Shown here piece by piece: positions 50,616 to 62,300 of a stretch of 64,000 bases of DNA; position 1 is the first letter of the stretch; each line of letters starts with the position of its first letter. This stretch comes from a virus (taxonomy: Duplodnaviria > Caudoviricetes), in IMG/VR virus record IMGVR_UViG_3300031867_000002, positions 128,001 through 192,000 of that record; one strand, written 5' to 3'. The notes under the pieces are model-generated. The model was not told the origin of the DNA. It ran no database searches and saw nothing but the letters and a program-made list of their open reading frames with translations. The position numbers and the translations under genes are program-made.

Positions 50616-51457
50616 TTATATCTCCTCCATATATCTTTTACACATTTATTCGTAAGCTTGACTCCATAATTATTTAGCACAAGAATATTATCCTGTAATC
50701 TAAATATATCAATATGCAACATAGAATAATTAGAAGATATTATATAACTCTCATCATCATAAATAGATTTAATATACTTCATAGATTCTAGTGCTTTACC
50801 TGTTATAAACTGACAAAAATTATACAACACAGTTCCAGATACATTATACATAGTAATATGTTTATATTCAGATTCTTTAATGTTTCTAGATGTAAAACCA
50901 TTACTTTCACATTGACTAAATGTCATATCAATTTGGAATCTATCATTTTTATATTTTTCATGATACGACATCATCTCATCTAAATCTTTGAATTGCTTGT
51001 AAACTTTACCTCCTTCAACATTAGAATCTATATAATAAGGATATACATTAACTGGTGTATAGTCATCTATTACTGTTCGTTCCGTAGCAATAATAGGTGG
51101 TAATTTACATTCAACATTTTTATATCCTCCATTTTTAATATATCTATCGATTCCTTTAATAGCATCGTCTACAGACAACTGGAGTTCTTCATCTGGATTC
51201 ATTGGCTTTGGTTCTAGACATATCTCTCTATCTCTAGAAGAAAAGAAATCTTGAAGGTCATTAAATGCTTCTTCAAAACTATGAATATTTAAATATCTAG
51301 ATTCTCTAAGTTTTTGAAGTAATATATCATAATTTATATCTTCAGAATCAGGATTTGTTTTACGTCTAGCATAATTCATAGTTTTGATATTTGCATCTAG
51401 CCATAGAATTAATTCAGCTATATCACAGTATCCATTAATTTGTTTTTCAATATACAT
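50612..51457 (-). CDS. hypothetical protein
   Basis: 281 aa, AAGGAGG RBS. Confidence 0.7.
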   Translation of the reverse strand: MYIEKQINGYCDIAELILWLDANIKTMNYARRKTNPDSEDINYDILLQKLRESRYLNIHSFEEAFNDLQDFFSSRDREICLEPKPMNPDEELQLSVDDAIKGIDRYIKNGGYKNVECKLPPIIATERTVIDDYTPVNVYPYYIDSNVEGGKVYKQFKDLDEMMSYHEKYKNDRFQIDMTFSQCESNGFTSRNIKESEYKHITMYNVSGTVLYNFCQFITGKALESMKYIKSIYDDESYIISSNYSMLHIDIFRLQDNILVLNNYGVKLTNKCVKDIWRRYK

Positions 51458-51469
51458 ATCGATTCCTCC

Positions 51470-52177
51470 TTAATCATCAAAGAATGCTGACTTGTTACTC
51501 TTATTAAACGTTCTACCGATACTACCTGATACAGTACTGTTATCTTTCAACGGTGCAGAATTAGCTTGGCCAGATGACGTAAAGTCTGTTCTATTAATAG
51601 GAGTATTCATCAACATCATAAACGATAATGATGTGTTTGCATAATTCAGCATATCAAAATTTTTTAGCACATAGTACATTCCTAGGAATGTACTATGTGA
51701 TATTTGAACTGGATTTGTAGTATTAAGATACAAGTCTATACATTTCATATCACCCATTTCTGTTTTTATTACACCTGGCATAAACTTAACTACTTTATCC
51801 ATTGGTAATCTCATATAAATGAATTCATCATAATTAACTACAGCAAGTGAATTATCCATGAAACCATATATTCCATAGTTATCACTTTCAATCCAGTTAA
51901 GTCTTATATGCTCAAAATATTTTAACAATTCAAACATGTGTTCAGGATAGATGTTAATTTTCTCTAATTTATCACGTCTATCCTCAAAGAACAGATAATA
52001 AGTTAATACACGCTTTATCATAGTATTACTTTCTGTCTTTCCATTTATCTTATACTCATTATAATTAGAGTAAGTTCTAGAACCATTATTATATGAAGCT
52101 GTTGTATGAAACATTAGTCTAACTTCATCAGATAACTGGTATACCATATCATTCATATAACAATAATCTGTTTGCAT
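51470..52177 (-). CDS. hypothetical protein, possibly ssDNA-binding/replication
   Basis: Next to the helicase, flexible tail ending AFFDD. Confidence 0.5.
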   Translation of the reverse strand: MQTDYCYMNDMVYQLSDEVRLMFHTTASYNNGSRTYSNYNEYKINGKTESNTMIKRVLTYYLFFEDRRDKLEKINIYPEHMFELLKYFEHIRLNWIESDNYGIYGFMDNSLAVVNYDEFIYMRLPMDKVVKFMPGVIKTEMGDMKCIDLYLNTTNPVQISHSTFLGMYYVLKNFDMLNYANTSLSFMMLMNTPINRTDFTSSGQANSAPLKDNSTVSGSIGRTFNKSNKSAFFDD

Positions 52178-52217
52178 CTATCTCACCACCTTTACTTAGT
52201 AGTTTTTCATTGTGTTA

Positions 52218-53777
52218 TTACCACCATTTTGAATTTGGAAGATTATCTAAATCTATTCTCTCAAAAGGCATACCTCCAAATTCTTCAAGACGTTTATACA
52301 TTATATTGAATGCAGTATTCTTTAACTGAGCTTGAGTAAATACTACATCTCTACAATCTAATGCATACTTTTCAAACATAGGATAGGACTGTTTATAATA
52401 GTTACTGATTACTCTAAGAGAAGTATCTACCACATCTATATAGTAACTATTATAAGCACGTGTTCTGCCAAATCTTTGTTTATTCTGTGGAGGGGATTTA
52501 GTAGGTTCTGCCATATTTACACATACCATTAAATCAGGTATATCTACAGCAGCACCAGCAGATTTAGAAGTGGTTAATATAAAAGTCTTATCTTTCGCAG
52601 CAGACTTATTCTCATTGATAGAAGTAAAAATACCTATATCATTTTGAATCTCAGAATAGTTATATAATAACCATTGATAAAAGAATACTATAGAATTATT
52701 TGTGGCAAAGAAGAACATCTTCTTTCCTGGAATATGATATATCATATCCATAACTATTCTAGCAATGAAATCGAAGTTTTCTTTCTGTACAACTATATCT
52801 GCATACGTTTGTTTATTAAACCCATATTTGTTTTGACACATATTAATCTCTTGAACCGTAAATCCGCTCTTATATCTAAGCGAAATATAATGAGTATGAG
52901 GGTCAGATTCTGGGTCAAACAAATCTAACATCGGAATATTCTTAAAATAAATTTGATAGATTCTATTCTCATTACTTTCTCCACGAACAGGAGTAGCAGT
53001 AAGATATAAAGTTCTATATATAGATGAAGCATAATCTATATGATATATATTATCAAAATTCAAATGTGCTTCATCTATAATCTTAAGACCTATACCAAGT
53101 TTTCTAAACAAATAATCTATAGAATCCCATCCGTGTTCGTTAGCATATGATAATAACGTAGCGTGAGTTACTGTATATAACTTATACTTATCATATACAA
53201 TATCATCTTTAGATAAAATATTATTGATGTCTGATGAACCTTCTATAGAATGAATCTCAGAAGATAACATGTTAGTGTGTTCAATAAAACGTGTTCTCCA
53301 TTGAGATAACCATTCATTAGAAGTAGTAATTATAATAGTCTTGACATTCAATAGCGCTGTATAGACAATTCCAAGATATGTCTTACCAGCACCAGTATCA
53401 AGAGCTAAAAACAATTGAGAGTATTTCTTTGTAAAGCTATAATTACCACTACCAGATAAGAAGTTTATAGCTTGAGATTGTTTATCATCTTTAGGAGGAT
53501 ACTTAATAAGAATTTGATTAAGGTTCTGTCTAGGCTTAATAAAAGAGTTATCGTAGAAAGCATTATAGCCCATCATTTTTTCTAGATAGGCTATATCTAA
53601 TCCTCTTGGAATAGTCAATGTTTTAGCTCTTCTATCATATAAAGCTGCAACTGTTTTATATGTGTGAGTCACTTTATCAAATACTTCAAAAGAACTATCT
53701 AATCCAGGACAGTCACCATATACATAATCATTGATAACGATTTTATTGTTATATACAACAATCTTTCTATTATCCAT
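52218..53777 (-). CDS. superfamily 2 DExH helicase (UvsW-like)
   Basis: LDTGAGKT, IIDEAH, LTATP, QRFGRTR. Confidence 0.9.
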   Translation of the reverse strand: MDNRKIVVYNNKIVINDYVYGDCPGLDSSFEVFDKVTHTYKTVAALYDRRAKTLTIPRGLDIAYLEKMMGYNAFYDNSFIKPRQNLNQILIKYPPKDDKQSQAINFLSGSGNYSFTKKYSQLFLALDTGAGKTYLGIVYTALLNVKTIIITTSNEWLSQWRTRFIEHTNMLSSEIHSIEGSSDINNILSKDDIVYDKYKLYTVTHATLLSYANEHGWDSIDYLFRKLGIGLKIIDEAHLNFDNIYHIDYASSIYRTLYLTATPVRGESNENRIYQIYFKNIPMLDLFDPESDPHTHYISLRYKSGFTVQEINMCQNKYGFNKQTYADIVVQKENFDFIARIVMDMIYHIPGKKMFFFATNNSIVFFYQWLLYNYSEIQNDIGIFTSINENKSAAKDKTFILTTSKSAGAAVDIPDLMVCVNMAEPTKSPPQNKQRFGRTRAYNSYYIDVVDTSLRVISNYYKQSYPMFEKYALDCRDVVFTQAQLKNTAFNIMYKRLEEFGGMPFERIDLDNLPNSKWW

Positions 53778-53827
53778 ATTATCACCTCACATAAAATTAG
53801 GAGCCCCACGTAGTAGGGCTCCATTGT

Positions 53828-56044
53828 TTAATCTCCCATATACTTAAATAAACCATCCATACTATCTTCAGAATTATTGACAACTGGTTCGTTATTAATA
53901 AACTTCTGAGGTTGTACCATATACATTAAGTCGTAAGGAGATGGCTTGTGTTTTCTGAAACTTAGAGGGCTATAAAGCATTCTAGCAATATTCTCGGATT
54001 GCATTGCAATCGTAATACTAGGATGTGTCATTACAGCTTTCTTAAGAGTAAGAATCTGATAATTAGTCTGATTAGGAACACTCCAATCAGGCATTTCAAT
54101 AATATCAGTCTTATCTCTAATCTGATTCATAATAATAATCTCTAAATGAACAGACATAATATGGTCTAATCCAATATTATTAAGTCTATCAGATAAAGCT
54201 TTAAGGAATGACTCAGCTGTATAAGAATCTGTATTAGCTTTAAGGTCAATAACTTTAATTACAGATTCAAGGCGTTCAGACATATCATCATTATGAATTC
54301 CTACATCGAATAACGGAGAATTATCATCTTCAAGTAATACAGATACAGGGATATCAATATCTTCATTATTATCTGCAAGATTCTTCAGTTCAATATAATC
54401 ATTAAGCCAATCTGTAAGATATAAGTTATCCATATTAGATGTCTTAATTGTTATAGTTTCATTAGAACCATGCTTTTGAAGATAGAATACATTGATATAA
54501 TTCATAGAATCTTCTATATTAAAGTCATCATTATCATCGTCATCGCCATCATCTAAAGATGCAATAACTTCTTCTTGAATATCTCCGTCTTTAATAATAA
54601 GATGCCATTTCTTGAAATCAGGAATATTAGGATTGATAAAGATAGTGCCTTCATCTATAATAATATACTTAGCAATTTCTTCTTCAGACATAATAGAAGT
54701 ATCAAAAGTTACACCATCAATCTTCGCCTCAAGAAGATGTTTAGCTGACAACATCATTTGAGTTAAGCGTTCTGTTAAGTTTGTAACGCTGTAAACACCA
54801 ATGTTAGTTGCTGGTACAATATTATAAAGTTCACCCATACATCTTCTACAGATACCTCTACCATTAGCTGCAGATAAACACTTAATTGGGGAACGTAGAT
54901 AAATTACTTTACCAATAAGGTCTTGATTTTCTTTTACTACTCTATATACATTACCAAGACGATGTTCAATTCCCATAGGGTCAATACGATACCATCTATC
55001 AGCAATTTTCTTAAGAGCAGTTTCATCTTCTACATAATATTCAAGAAAGTTACGAGTACCACAATCATATCCAGGGTCAATATTGTCTGAATAAGGTATT
55101 GTATACTTTCTTGTAGTAGCACAATTTAAAATCATAATTCTAGAGAAATGTCCTGAACGAGAAGTATTCTTCTTAGAAAGATTCTGTGCAATACGAGCAA
55201 TAAGAGATTCCAATATATGAAATGCTACATTATTTGCTCCTCCTGAGATATAAGATGTGTTTACAACATAAGGGAATACGCCGCCTTCACCATTAGGTTT
55301 AACTCCAATATTGATATACATCTCACGAGCCTGTTTAGGCTTAACACCTTCTTTAGCTCTAAATGCATCTGATAAGCAATGGTCTCTACCAATATATTGT
55401 TTAGCATTTACAATATAATCAATAAGACGATTCATATCATTAAGAGCTTCTTGATTCATTTGTTCTGGCGGAAATTGTGCATAGTAATTCTGATTATGTC
55501 TATCCATAATTTCTTTAAAACCAGGACAACTATAATACATAAGGATAAAGTCTTCCATATTGATACTATTATTAAAGTACCACGCAAATTTGTCTACAAA
55601 TTTCAAATCTCTTAAACTATCATAGATAGTTCGATTAAGATTATGAATAAGCATTCTATCTGCTGCATTATTAGAAGCTTGGTCTCTTACAGGCATAATA
55701 GCATATTTATCAATATAAGATTTGATATACGCATTTGTAATGCCTTTCTTGTTAAAGAACAAATGTTTAGGTTTAATTGTCTGATTAGTCTTTACAATAA
55801 AACCCCATACGATAATGTTAATAAGTGCATATGCTGGTGGAAGATTAACACTCATACCATTATCAAATATGAATGTTACCTTTGTTTTCTGGACTGTAGG
55901 ATTCTCAATATAATCCAGAAATACATCTTTCAAATCGTTTTGAAACTCATTAATAGTTTCTTGTGTGATATCTGCTGTTTTAATAACAACAGGTTGTCCA
56001 GTAATTAGTGGTGTAAAAACACCATAGTCATAAGTTGTAGTCAT
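53828..56044 (-). CDS. RNA polymerase beta' C-terminal subunit (probably non-virion RNAP)
   Basis: Bridge-helix-like KKNTSRSGHFSR, LRSPIKC...ICRRCMG Zn site, trigger-loop-like TQMMLSAKH, early promoter upstream. Confidence 0.88.
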   Translation of the reverse strand: MTTTYDYGVFTPLITGQPVVIKTADITQETINEFQNDLKDVFLDYIENPTVQKTKVTFIFDNGMSVNLPPAYALINIIVWGFIVKTNQTIKPKHLFFNKKGITNAYIKSYIDKYAIMPVRDQASNNAADRMLIHNLNRTIYDSLRDLKFVDKFAWYFNNSINMEDFILMYYSCPGFKEIMDRHNQNYYAQFPPEQMNQEALNDMNRLIDYIVNAKQYIGRDHCLSDAFRAKEGVKPKQAREMYINIGVKPNGEGGVFPYVVNTSYISGGANNVAFHILESLIARIAQNLSKKNTSRSGHFSRIMILNCATTRKYTIPYSDNIDPGYDCGTRNFLEYYVEDETALKKIADRWYRIDPMGIEHRLGNVYRVVKENQDLIGKVIYLRSPIKCLSAANGRGICRRCMGELYNIVPATNIGVYSVTNLTERLTQMMLSAKHLLEAKIDGVTFDTSIMSEEEIAKYIIIDEGTIFINPNIPDFKKWHLIIKDGDIQEEVIASLDDGDDDDNDDFNIEDSMNYINVFYLQKHGSNETITIKTSNMDNLYLTDWLNDYIELKNLADNNEDIDIPVSVLLEDDNSPLFDVGIHNDDMSERLESVIKVIDLKANTDSYTAESFLKALSDRLNNIGLDHIMSVHLEIIIMNQIRDKTDIIEMPDWSVPNQTNYQILTLKKAVMTHPSITIAMQSENIARMLYSPLSFRKHKPSPYDLMYMVQPQKFINNEPVVNNSEDSMDGLFKYMGD

Positions 56045-56235
56045 AGCTATACCTCCAATATATTGATTATTTGATAGTTTTTGACTATGTCATTCTCTAT
56101 CAATATAATAATATATCAATGAGAAAAAAGTTGCGGGTGAACTTAATCACCCGCATTTTGAGAAAGGAACCAATTATGATAGATAATATTATACCTAGTC
56201 ACGTCACCCTTTACATAACTATTATTCTTATGTTA

Positions 56236-56697
56236 TTAGTTTCTTGTCTTAGACATTTCTTTAGGCTGCATCTTTTTGACATTCTGATTACCTTTAATGC
56301 CTTGACCAGAAACATAAGCACGTTGTCCTTTACGAGCAGCCATCTGAGCTTTATTAGCATACTTCTTCTTAATAGCAGCAAGAAGCTTTCTTTCTACAAT
56401 ACGATTCTTAACAAGTTTCTTCCAAAGAGAATCGTTATTATCCTTAGCAAGCTGAAGTGCAGCCATACCAGTTCTACGAGTTAGGTCATCATTCTTATTA
56501 AGACGAACTAAAGTTTTTCTGCTAATCTTATTTGCTTCGAGAAGAACATCAGCTGTTTCAAGAAGTTCACGCTTGTCTTCATCAGAATCGGAATAGTGGT
56601 CATCATAGAAAAATGCTTCGAGAAGCTCATCCATATTAAGTTCCATTTCAACCTCACGTGCGGCATCAATGGTATTAGGATTTGTATAAAGTCCCAT
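56236..56697 (-). CDS. small basic late/head protein
   Basis: Acidic propeptide-like N-terminus with LLE-A sites, basic C-terminus, late promoter 56783-56794. Confidence 0.6.
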   Translation of the reverse strand: MGLYTNPNTIDAAREVEMELNMDELLEAFFYDDHYSDSDEDKRELLETADVLLEANKISRKTLVRLNKNDDLTRRTGMAALQLAKDNNDSLWKKLVKNRIVERKLLAAIKKKYANKAQMAARKGQRAYVSGQGIKGNQNVKKMQPKEMSKTRN

Positions 56698-56887
56698 GAG
56701 AATATCCTCCTTTTAAAATATAAAATATAATTGCAATTAGATTTTATTTGTATATGAGTAATCATACACTTAGGTCTTTCATTATATAATTGTTCTGTTT
56801 TTAAACTACGAATAACAAATTTATAATAGTCGACTATTAAACGTAATCATATGATAATGAGTAAGCTGATGAAAGGAAGTTATTATT

Positions 56888-58987
56888 ATGGCTGATATTA
56901 CACAAATGATTCAAAGTGAAACTTCTGATATTTATAGACAGGAAGTGCTTGAAGCTCTTAGATTAACTTTTCCAGGTTTATATGAACATGAACTTGTAGA
57001 AGCAATTAATTATTCTATTATGAAGCGAGGTAATGATACACCCGCTGTATTAGATAACAATTATACCAAAGCAAAAGAACAGACTACTTTATGGCAAGTA
57101 ACAGATTATATCATGAGTAGAGAGCCTATCATCACAGTAAGTGGTGTTATGTTTAAAAAGCATGGTTCTGTTCCTAACCCATTTGTAATGCTTATTCAGG
57201 AGTTTCTCAAACAAAGAGGATACTATAAAGACAAAATGTTTATGTATCCTAAGGGTAGTGAGAACTTCGAGAAATATAATATCTTACAATCATCAGAAAA
57301 GCAATCAGGTAATGCAATGTATGGTGCATCTGGTAATCATACTTCAATCTTCTATAATCTTTATGTTGCGCAGTCTATTACAATGCAAGGTAGAAGTTGT
57401 ATTGCTGCAGCAATTATGTTGTTTGAAGCTACAATGGCAAATAATGTTAAGTTCAGTAGTCTTAATGAAGTAATCACTTTTATCAATAACGTAAGAAGAG
57501 AACCTATGGGTATGTATCCAGACGACTTTATTATTGATAAAGATAAAGTACCAAATGTAGAAGAGGTATTCTTTAAGATTATTTATAGTAGTGGTTTCTA
57601 TTGGATTCCTACTGAAAAAGAAATGACTTTGATTTGGGATATCTTGAATCGTTGTACTCAGCATGAACTGAATAAGTTGTTCTATAAGAATAATCTGTTC
57701 TGGTTTGTAGATAATACAGTGGTTATAAATAAGATTATTCAGATTCTTTCTACACTTGATGTACCGTTTATTGACCCGAATAAACCACCTCAGGAAGTTA
57801 AGGATATGATGGATGAACTCTATCAGATGATTTATGAATGGGTATATTATGATAAACAGTATATGGATAGAATTGATAGAACAGAGAATATGTATCGTTG
57901 TGTATCTATGCTGACAGATACAGATAGCTGCTTTATTAGTTTTGATGGTTGGTATCGTTATATTCTCGATAAGACATTTAATATTCCTATGAAGATTAAA
58001 GAGATTGAGATTGATGAAAAGACCGCAGAAGTTAAACCAGCATTTGAAACAAGATACGATTATGACTTCTATAAAGATGAAGTTATTGAAATGCAGGATT
58101 ATGTACGTCCAGATGTAATTACACCTCAGGTAGGATTCCGTTGTTCTATTATTAATATCTTAGCTAGTATCATGGGAAAACTTGCTATTGATTATATGGG
58201 TAAGTATTCTGATAATAGTAATAGCACAACTTGTCATGATGGTTCTAAACGTAAGAGCTTCTTTATTCTTAAGAATGAATTCCAGCTTAAGCGTGCCTTG
58301 ATTACAGATGGAAAAAAGAATTATTGTGCATATCAAGAACGTCAAGAATCTAGTATTATTCCAAAAGAAAAAGCGCTTGCGATTACTGGTATGCCTATTA
58401 AGAAAGTTGGTGTTCCAGATAGTACTAAAGCAGCTCTTCAAAGAATTCTTATGGAAAATATTCTTGATAATCCAGGTCAGATTTCTCAAGTAGAGATTGT
58501 TAAACAACTTGCAATCCTTGAAAAACAAATTGTTCAAGCTATTCATGATGGTTCTAAAGAATACTTTAAACCAGAAAGAATCAAAGCTATAATGGCATAT
58601 GATAATCCTATGAGAGAATCTGGTATTAAAGCATCTGTAGTTTATAATGAACTTAAGGATGACAATGAAGAACCTATTGATTTAACAACAAGAAATAGCA
58701 TTCTTAATATTAAGATTGATATTAATAAAAAGAATGTAGAAACTCTTAAAGAAAAGTATCCTCATATATATGAGAAAGCTGTAGCACTTATGCAGAAAAA
58801 AGAATTTGTTAAGGGTATTACAGGTATTGCTATTCTTGAAGATAAAGTTGTTCCTGAGTGGGTTAAGGACTATATTGATTATACAACGATAGTAAACGAT
58901 AATCTTCATACGTTCCCATGTGAAGCTATAGGTATTGACAGAAGAGAAAAAGATGCTATTAACTATACTAACATTTTAAGATTATAA
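56888..58987 (+). CDS. family B DNA polymerase, C-terminal half (motifs B and C)
   Basis: EKQSGNAMYG, LTDTDS, KKNY. Confidence 0.9.
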   Translation: MADITQMIQSETSDIYRQEVLEALRLTFPGLYEHELVEAINYSIMKRGNDTPAVLDNNYTKAKEQTTLWQVTDYIMSREPIITVSGVMFKKHGSVPNPFVMLIQEFLKQRGYYKDKMFMYPKGSENFEKYNILQSSEKQSGNAMYGASGNHTSIFYNLYVAQSITMQGRSCIAAAIMLFEATMANNVKFSSLNEVITFINNVRREPMGMYPDDFIIDKDKVPNVEEVFFKIIYSSGFYWIPTEKEMTLIWDILNRCTQHELNKLFYKNNLFWFVDNTVVINKIIQILSTLDVPFIDPNKPPQEVKDMMDELYQMIYEWVYYDKQYMDRIDRTENMYRCVSMLTDTDSCFISFDGWYRYILDKTFNIPMKIKEIEIDEKTAEVKPAFETRYDYDFYKDEVIEMQDYVRPDVITPQVGFRCSIINILASIMGKLAIDYMGKYSDNSNSTTCHDGSKRKSFFILKNEFQLKRALITDGKKNYCAYQERQESSIIPKEKALAITGMPIKKVGVPDSTKAALQRILMENILDNPGQISQVEIVKQLAILEKQIVQAIHDGSKEYFKPERIKAIMAYDNPMRESGIKASVVYNELKDDNEEPIDLTTRNSILNIKIDINKKNVETLKEKYPHIYEKAVALMQKKEFVKGITGIAILEDKVVPEWVKDYIDYTTIVNDNLHTFPCEAIGIDRREKDAINYTNILRL

Positions 58988-59032
58988 AAAATAAACTAAA
59001 AATAAGGGCGCTCTCTGACAGCGCCCTTCTTT

Positions 59033-59224
59033 TTATTTGATATTGTACTTTTCTTTGAGTGTGGGAATTGCTTCCTCACATTCTTTCTTTGTTCCAGCAA
59101 AGACTATTTTCACATAATGATTTTCTTGCTGGGAATAAACAGTTGTTCCACAATCAGAAACCCCATAAGTAATTCTCAAGCTTCTAATTGTTCCGTACAG
59201 TGCAATATATACTCCATATAACAT
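59033..59224 (-). CDS. small hypothetical early protein
   Basis: GGAGG RBS, preceded by the repeated leader. Confidence 0.65.
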   Translation of the reverse strand: MLYGVYIALYGTIRSLRITYGVSDCGTTVYSQQENHYVKIVFAGTKKECEEAIPTLKEKYNIK

Positions 59225-59231
59225 AATATGT

Positions 59232-59274
59232 CCTCCAGAGGTCGTGGACTTTATAATCGTATACGATAACCTCT
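59232..59274 (-). promoter_or_regulatory. conserved structured leader, copy 2
   Basis: AGAGGUU-AUCGU(AU)ACGAU-UAUAAAGUCCACGACCUCU-GGAGG. Confidence 0.75.
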
Positions 59275-59375
59275 ATTCTACCTAAATAATATATAAGTAT
59301 CATAGTTAACTTTTACAATCACTACATTCTGACCAGCTCAACATATACATAATTAAGCTTGAAAGGAGGAATCGT

Positions 59376-62300
59376 ATGTCTATTAAAGTACAAAAGTATC
59401 TTGCTAACTTAGGCAAATCGGTTGCTTATACTACTGCAGATGTATTGTCTGAGAAGTTTACTTATGTAAATGACTTTAAGAATGAAAATCAAGAAGTCTT
59501 TAAAGAAGCATATCATTCTATTAAAGATTATAGAACTACATTTGCTAGAATTAAAAAGACTATTACTGATAATAAAGTAATGGATGCTGCTAGAGTTGGC
59601 TTTGATTCTATTGTGTATAGTGTTACTACTGGTGACTTCTATGCTAAGAATAAAGAGCAGGAAGTTATGAATAAATACGGCGGTAACATGATGCAAGGTA
59701 TGGACATCGATGATGATGACTTTGATTTCGGTAATGAAGATGTTACTGATGGTGATAAGGTTATTGCTACTGCTGTTAAAAAGAACAGTAAGTTACAAAC
59801 TGCTATTACTACAGAAGCTATCGTCAAAACTGGCAAAGCTCAAATGGATGTTTCTAAAGAGAATACAATGTTACTGTATACTCAAAATGAGCGTCTTATA
59901 AATAAACTTGATGGTGGATTGCAAAACATCACTGGTTTCTTAAAACAGAATGCAGAGCAGACTGCAAAAGTACAAAATCAGATGAATGAAAATCTCAACA
60001 AGTTTATGGCTAATGTAGATAATAACGTTGCTAAACTCACTAAGCAGATGGATGAGTTACTCGAAATGCAGCGTAATTTATATGCTAAACAAACTCAAGA
60101 CCAGAATCAAAAGAAAAAAATAGGTTATGATGATATCATCGGTAGAGGTGGTGTAATCAATCTTAAGGAATATGGTAAGTATATAGGAAGAAATGCTAGT
60201 AATGAATTAATGCAGGCTATCCCAGGTCTCAATATGTTACTCGGTGATGGAGGTATTGAAGGTTCTAACTTACTTGCTACAATGCTTGCTAACCCTGGTA
60301 GAGAATTATCTAAGGTTGTTGTTAATAAAGCACTAGGAAAGAGTTTTGACCAAGCATCAAAGGCTCTTAATAAAACTCTTGAAAATCTTGTTCCTTCTCT
60401 TATTGCTAAAGCTAATGCTGCAGCAAAGAAAGAAGATGCTGGTTTAGCTGGTCTATTAGGTAAGATTCTTGGAATTAAAACTGGTTCTAATGAATCTGTA
60501 GACCCTAATAAATATGTCAAAGGTGCTATTCCTTTTGATGGTATTACTAAAAAGGCTATTGTAGATGTAATCCCTTATTATCTTCGTAAAATGACATCTG
60601 CTATGACAGGTGGCGAAGAGATGACATTTGATTATGCTACAGGTAGATGGACTAGTATGAAGTCTGCTAAGAAAGCATATGATAATATTACTACATCTGC
60701 TCAACGTAACACTGAATCTCTCATTAAAGGTACTATTCAAGCTGGTACTGGTAGAAGTTTTGACTCTATGTATAAATCTAAAGATGAGTATGATAGAGCT
60801 AATACAGCAGTCCAATCTCTTGCTCTTAAACTTCAAGCCGCAGGTGATTTTGGTTCTCTTAGAGAATCTGATTTAACTTCTCCAGAAAAAGCTATCTACA
60901 CATCTATGAAGAAGATTTTCCAGCGTAGTGAACATTATCGTTATGAAAAAGATGATAATGGAAGACTTAAGATGAGAAGAGGATTCAATGGTCCAGATAT
61001 ATCTGCAATTGATGGACAACTACTTGAAATTCTCAGAAGTCAAAATAGTGCTATTAAGCAGCTTAATGAGCAAGGTGGTATTGCAATGCTCGCTGCTATG
61101 GAAGGTATTACTGGAGATGCTAAGTCATATCATGGTAAGAGTTATGTAGACGCTAAGGGTGATATGAATGAAAGACATATTCAAGAAATGCCTACTGCTC
61201 AGGTTCTTTTAAGAGCTAAAGATGAATATGGCGTTACACTATATCAATATCTTAGAAGTATGGGACATAGCCTTAATTATATTAAAAAATATTCCACTTA
61301 TTTACAAACATTACCTTTCATTAATAATGGATTAAATCCTAATCCTCCTGGTAGCGGTGGTGGTGGTAATCCTAGTGGTACACCACCAACATTAGATATG
61401 CCAACATCAAATGATGGCTTTGTTGATTATGGTAATAATGCAAAAGACGATAAATATGCATCTAGATATTATGAGCAGCTGGAAAGAAAAGCTAAAGACA
61501 AAGCTAAAGAAAGCTTTGAATCTAATATAAAAAGAGTAGAAGAACAGGCACGTAAAAAAGGTAAGTCTGTTAGTTTCGTAACTGATTCTTATAATTATCA
61601 ATCTGAAGGTGAACAGATTGGTATGTCTCGTCTAGTATCCGATTACTACGGTGAAGGTGGACAATATGAAACTGAGTTCAAACTGAATCAGCAGAAAGAG
61701 GATGATAAGAAAGAAAAAGAAAAGTGGAAGAAAATGGAAGAGCTTATTGGTAAAGAAAATACTGATAAGCTTAAAAAAGCCACCGATAAATATGATAAAG
61801 ATAAGGGCTTAATGGAGAACTTATCTAAAGCTACTGGCACTACAGAGAAACTTGCTATTGCAGCTAAATGGTTTACTCAAAAGACTAACTTTGCTGTTAT
61901 GGATAAAGTAACTGGCACCATTGTAAAGACAGATGCTTGGCTACGTAATCTTATTTATGGTGAAGATTTGAAAGCTGATGACCAGAAAAAGTCTCTCTGG
62001 CAATTAATGAAAGACCATACATCTGACTTCTTCAAAAATGTTCAGAAACAAATTGGAGAGCTTTTTAGTCCGATTAAGAAGTACTATGATGAGAAAATAA
62101 AGCCTCATGTAGACAAAGTTAAAAAGAAAATCTTTGGTGACGTAGACTCTGAAGGTAATATCTTAGAAGAGGGTGTACTCTCTCATTTTACATCTGGATT
62201 CCGTAAAGGTATGGCTAAAAATAGAGATGATGTACATGCTATGTGGAAGAAGGAAATTGAAGAAGCTAAGAGATTAGGAGATAAAATAACTAATTCGGAA

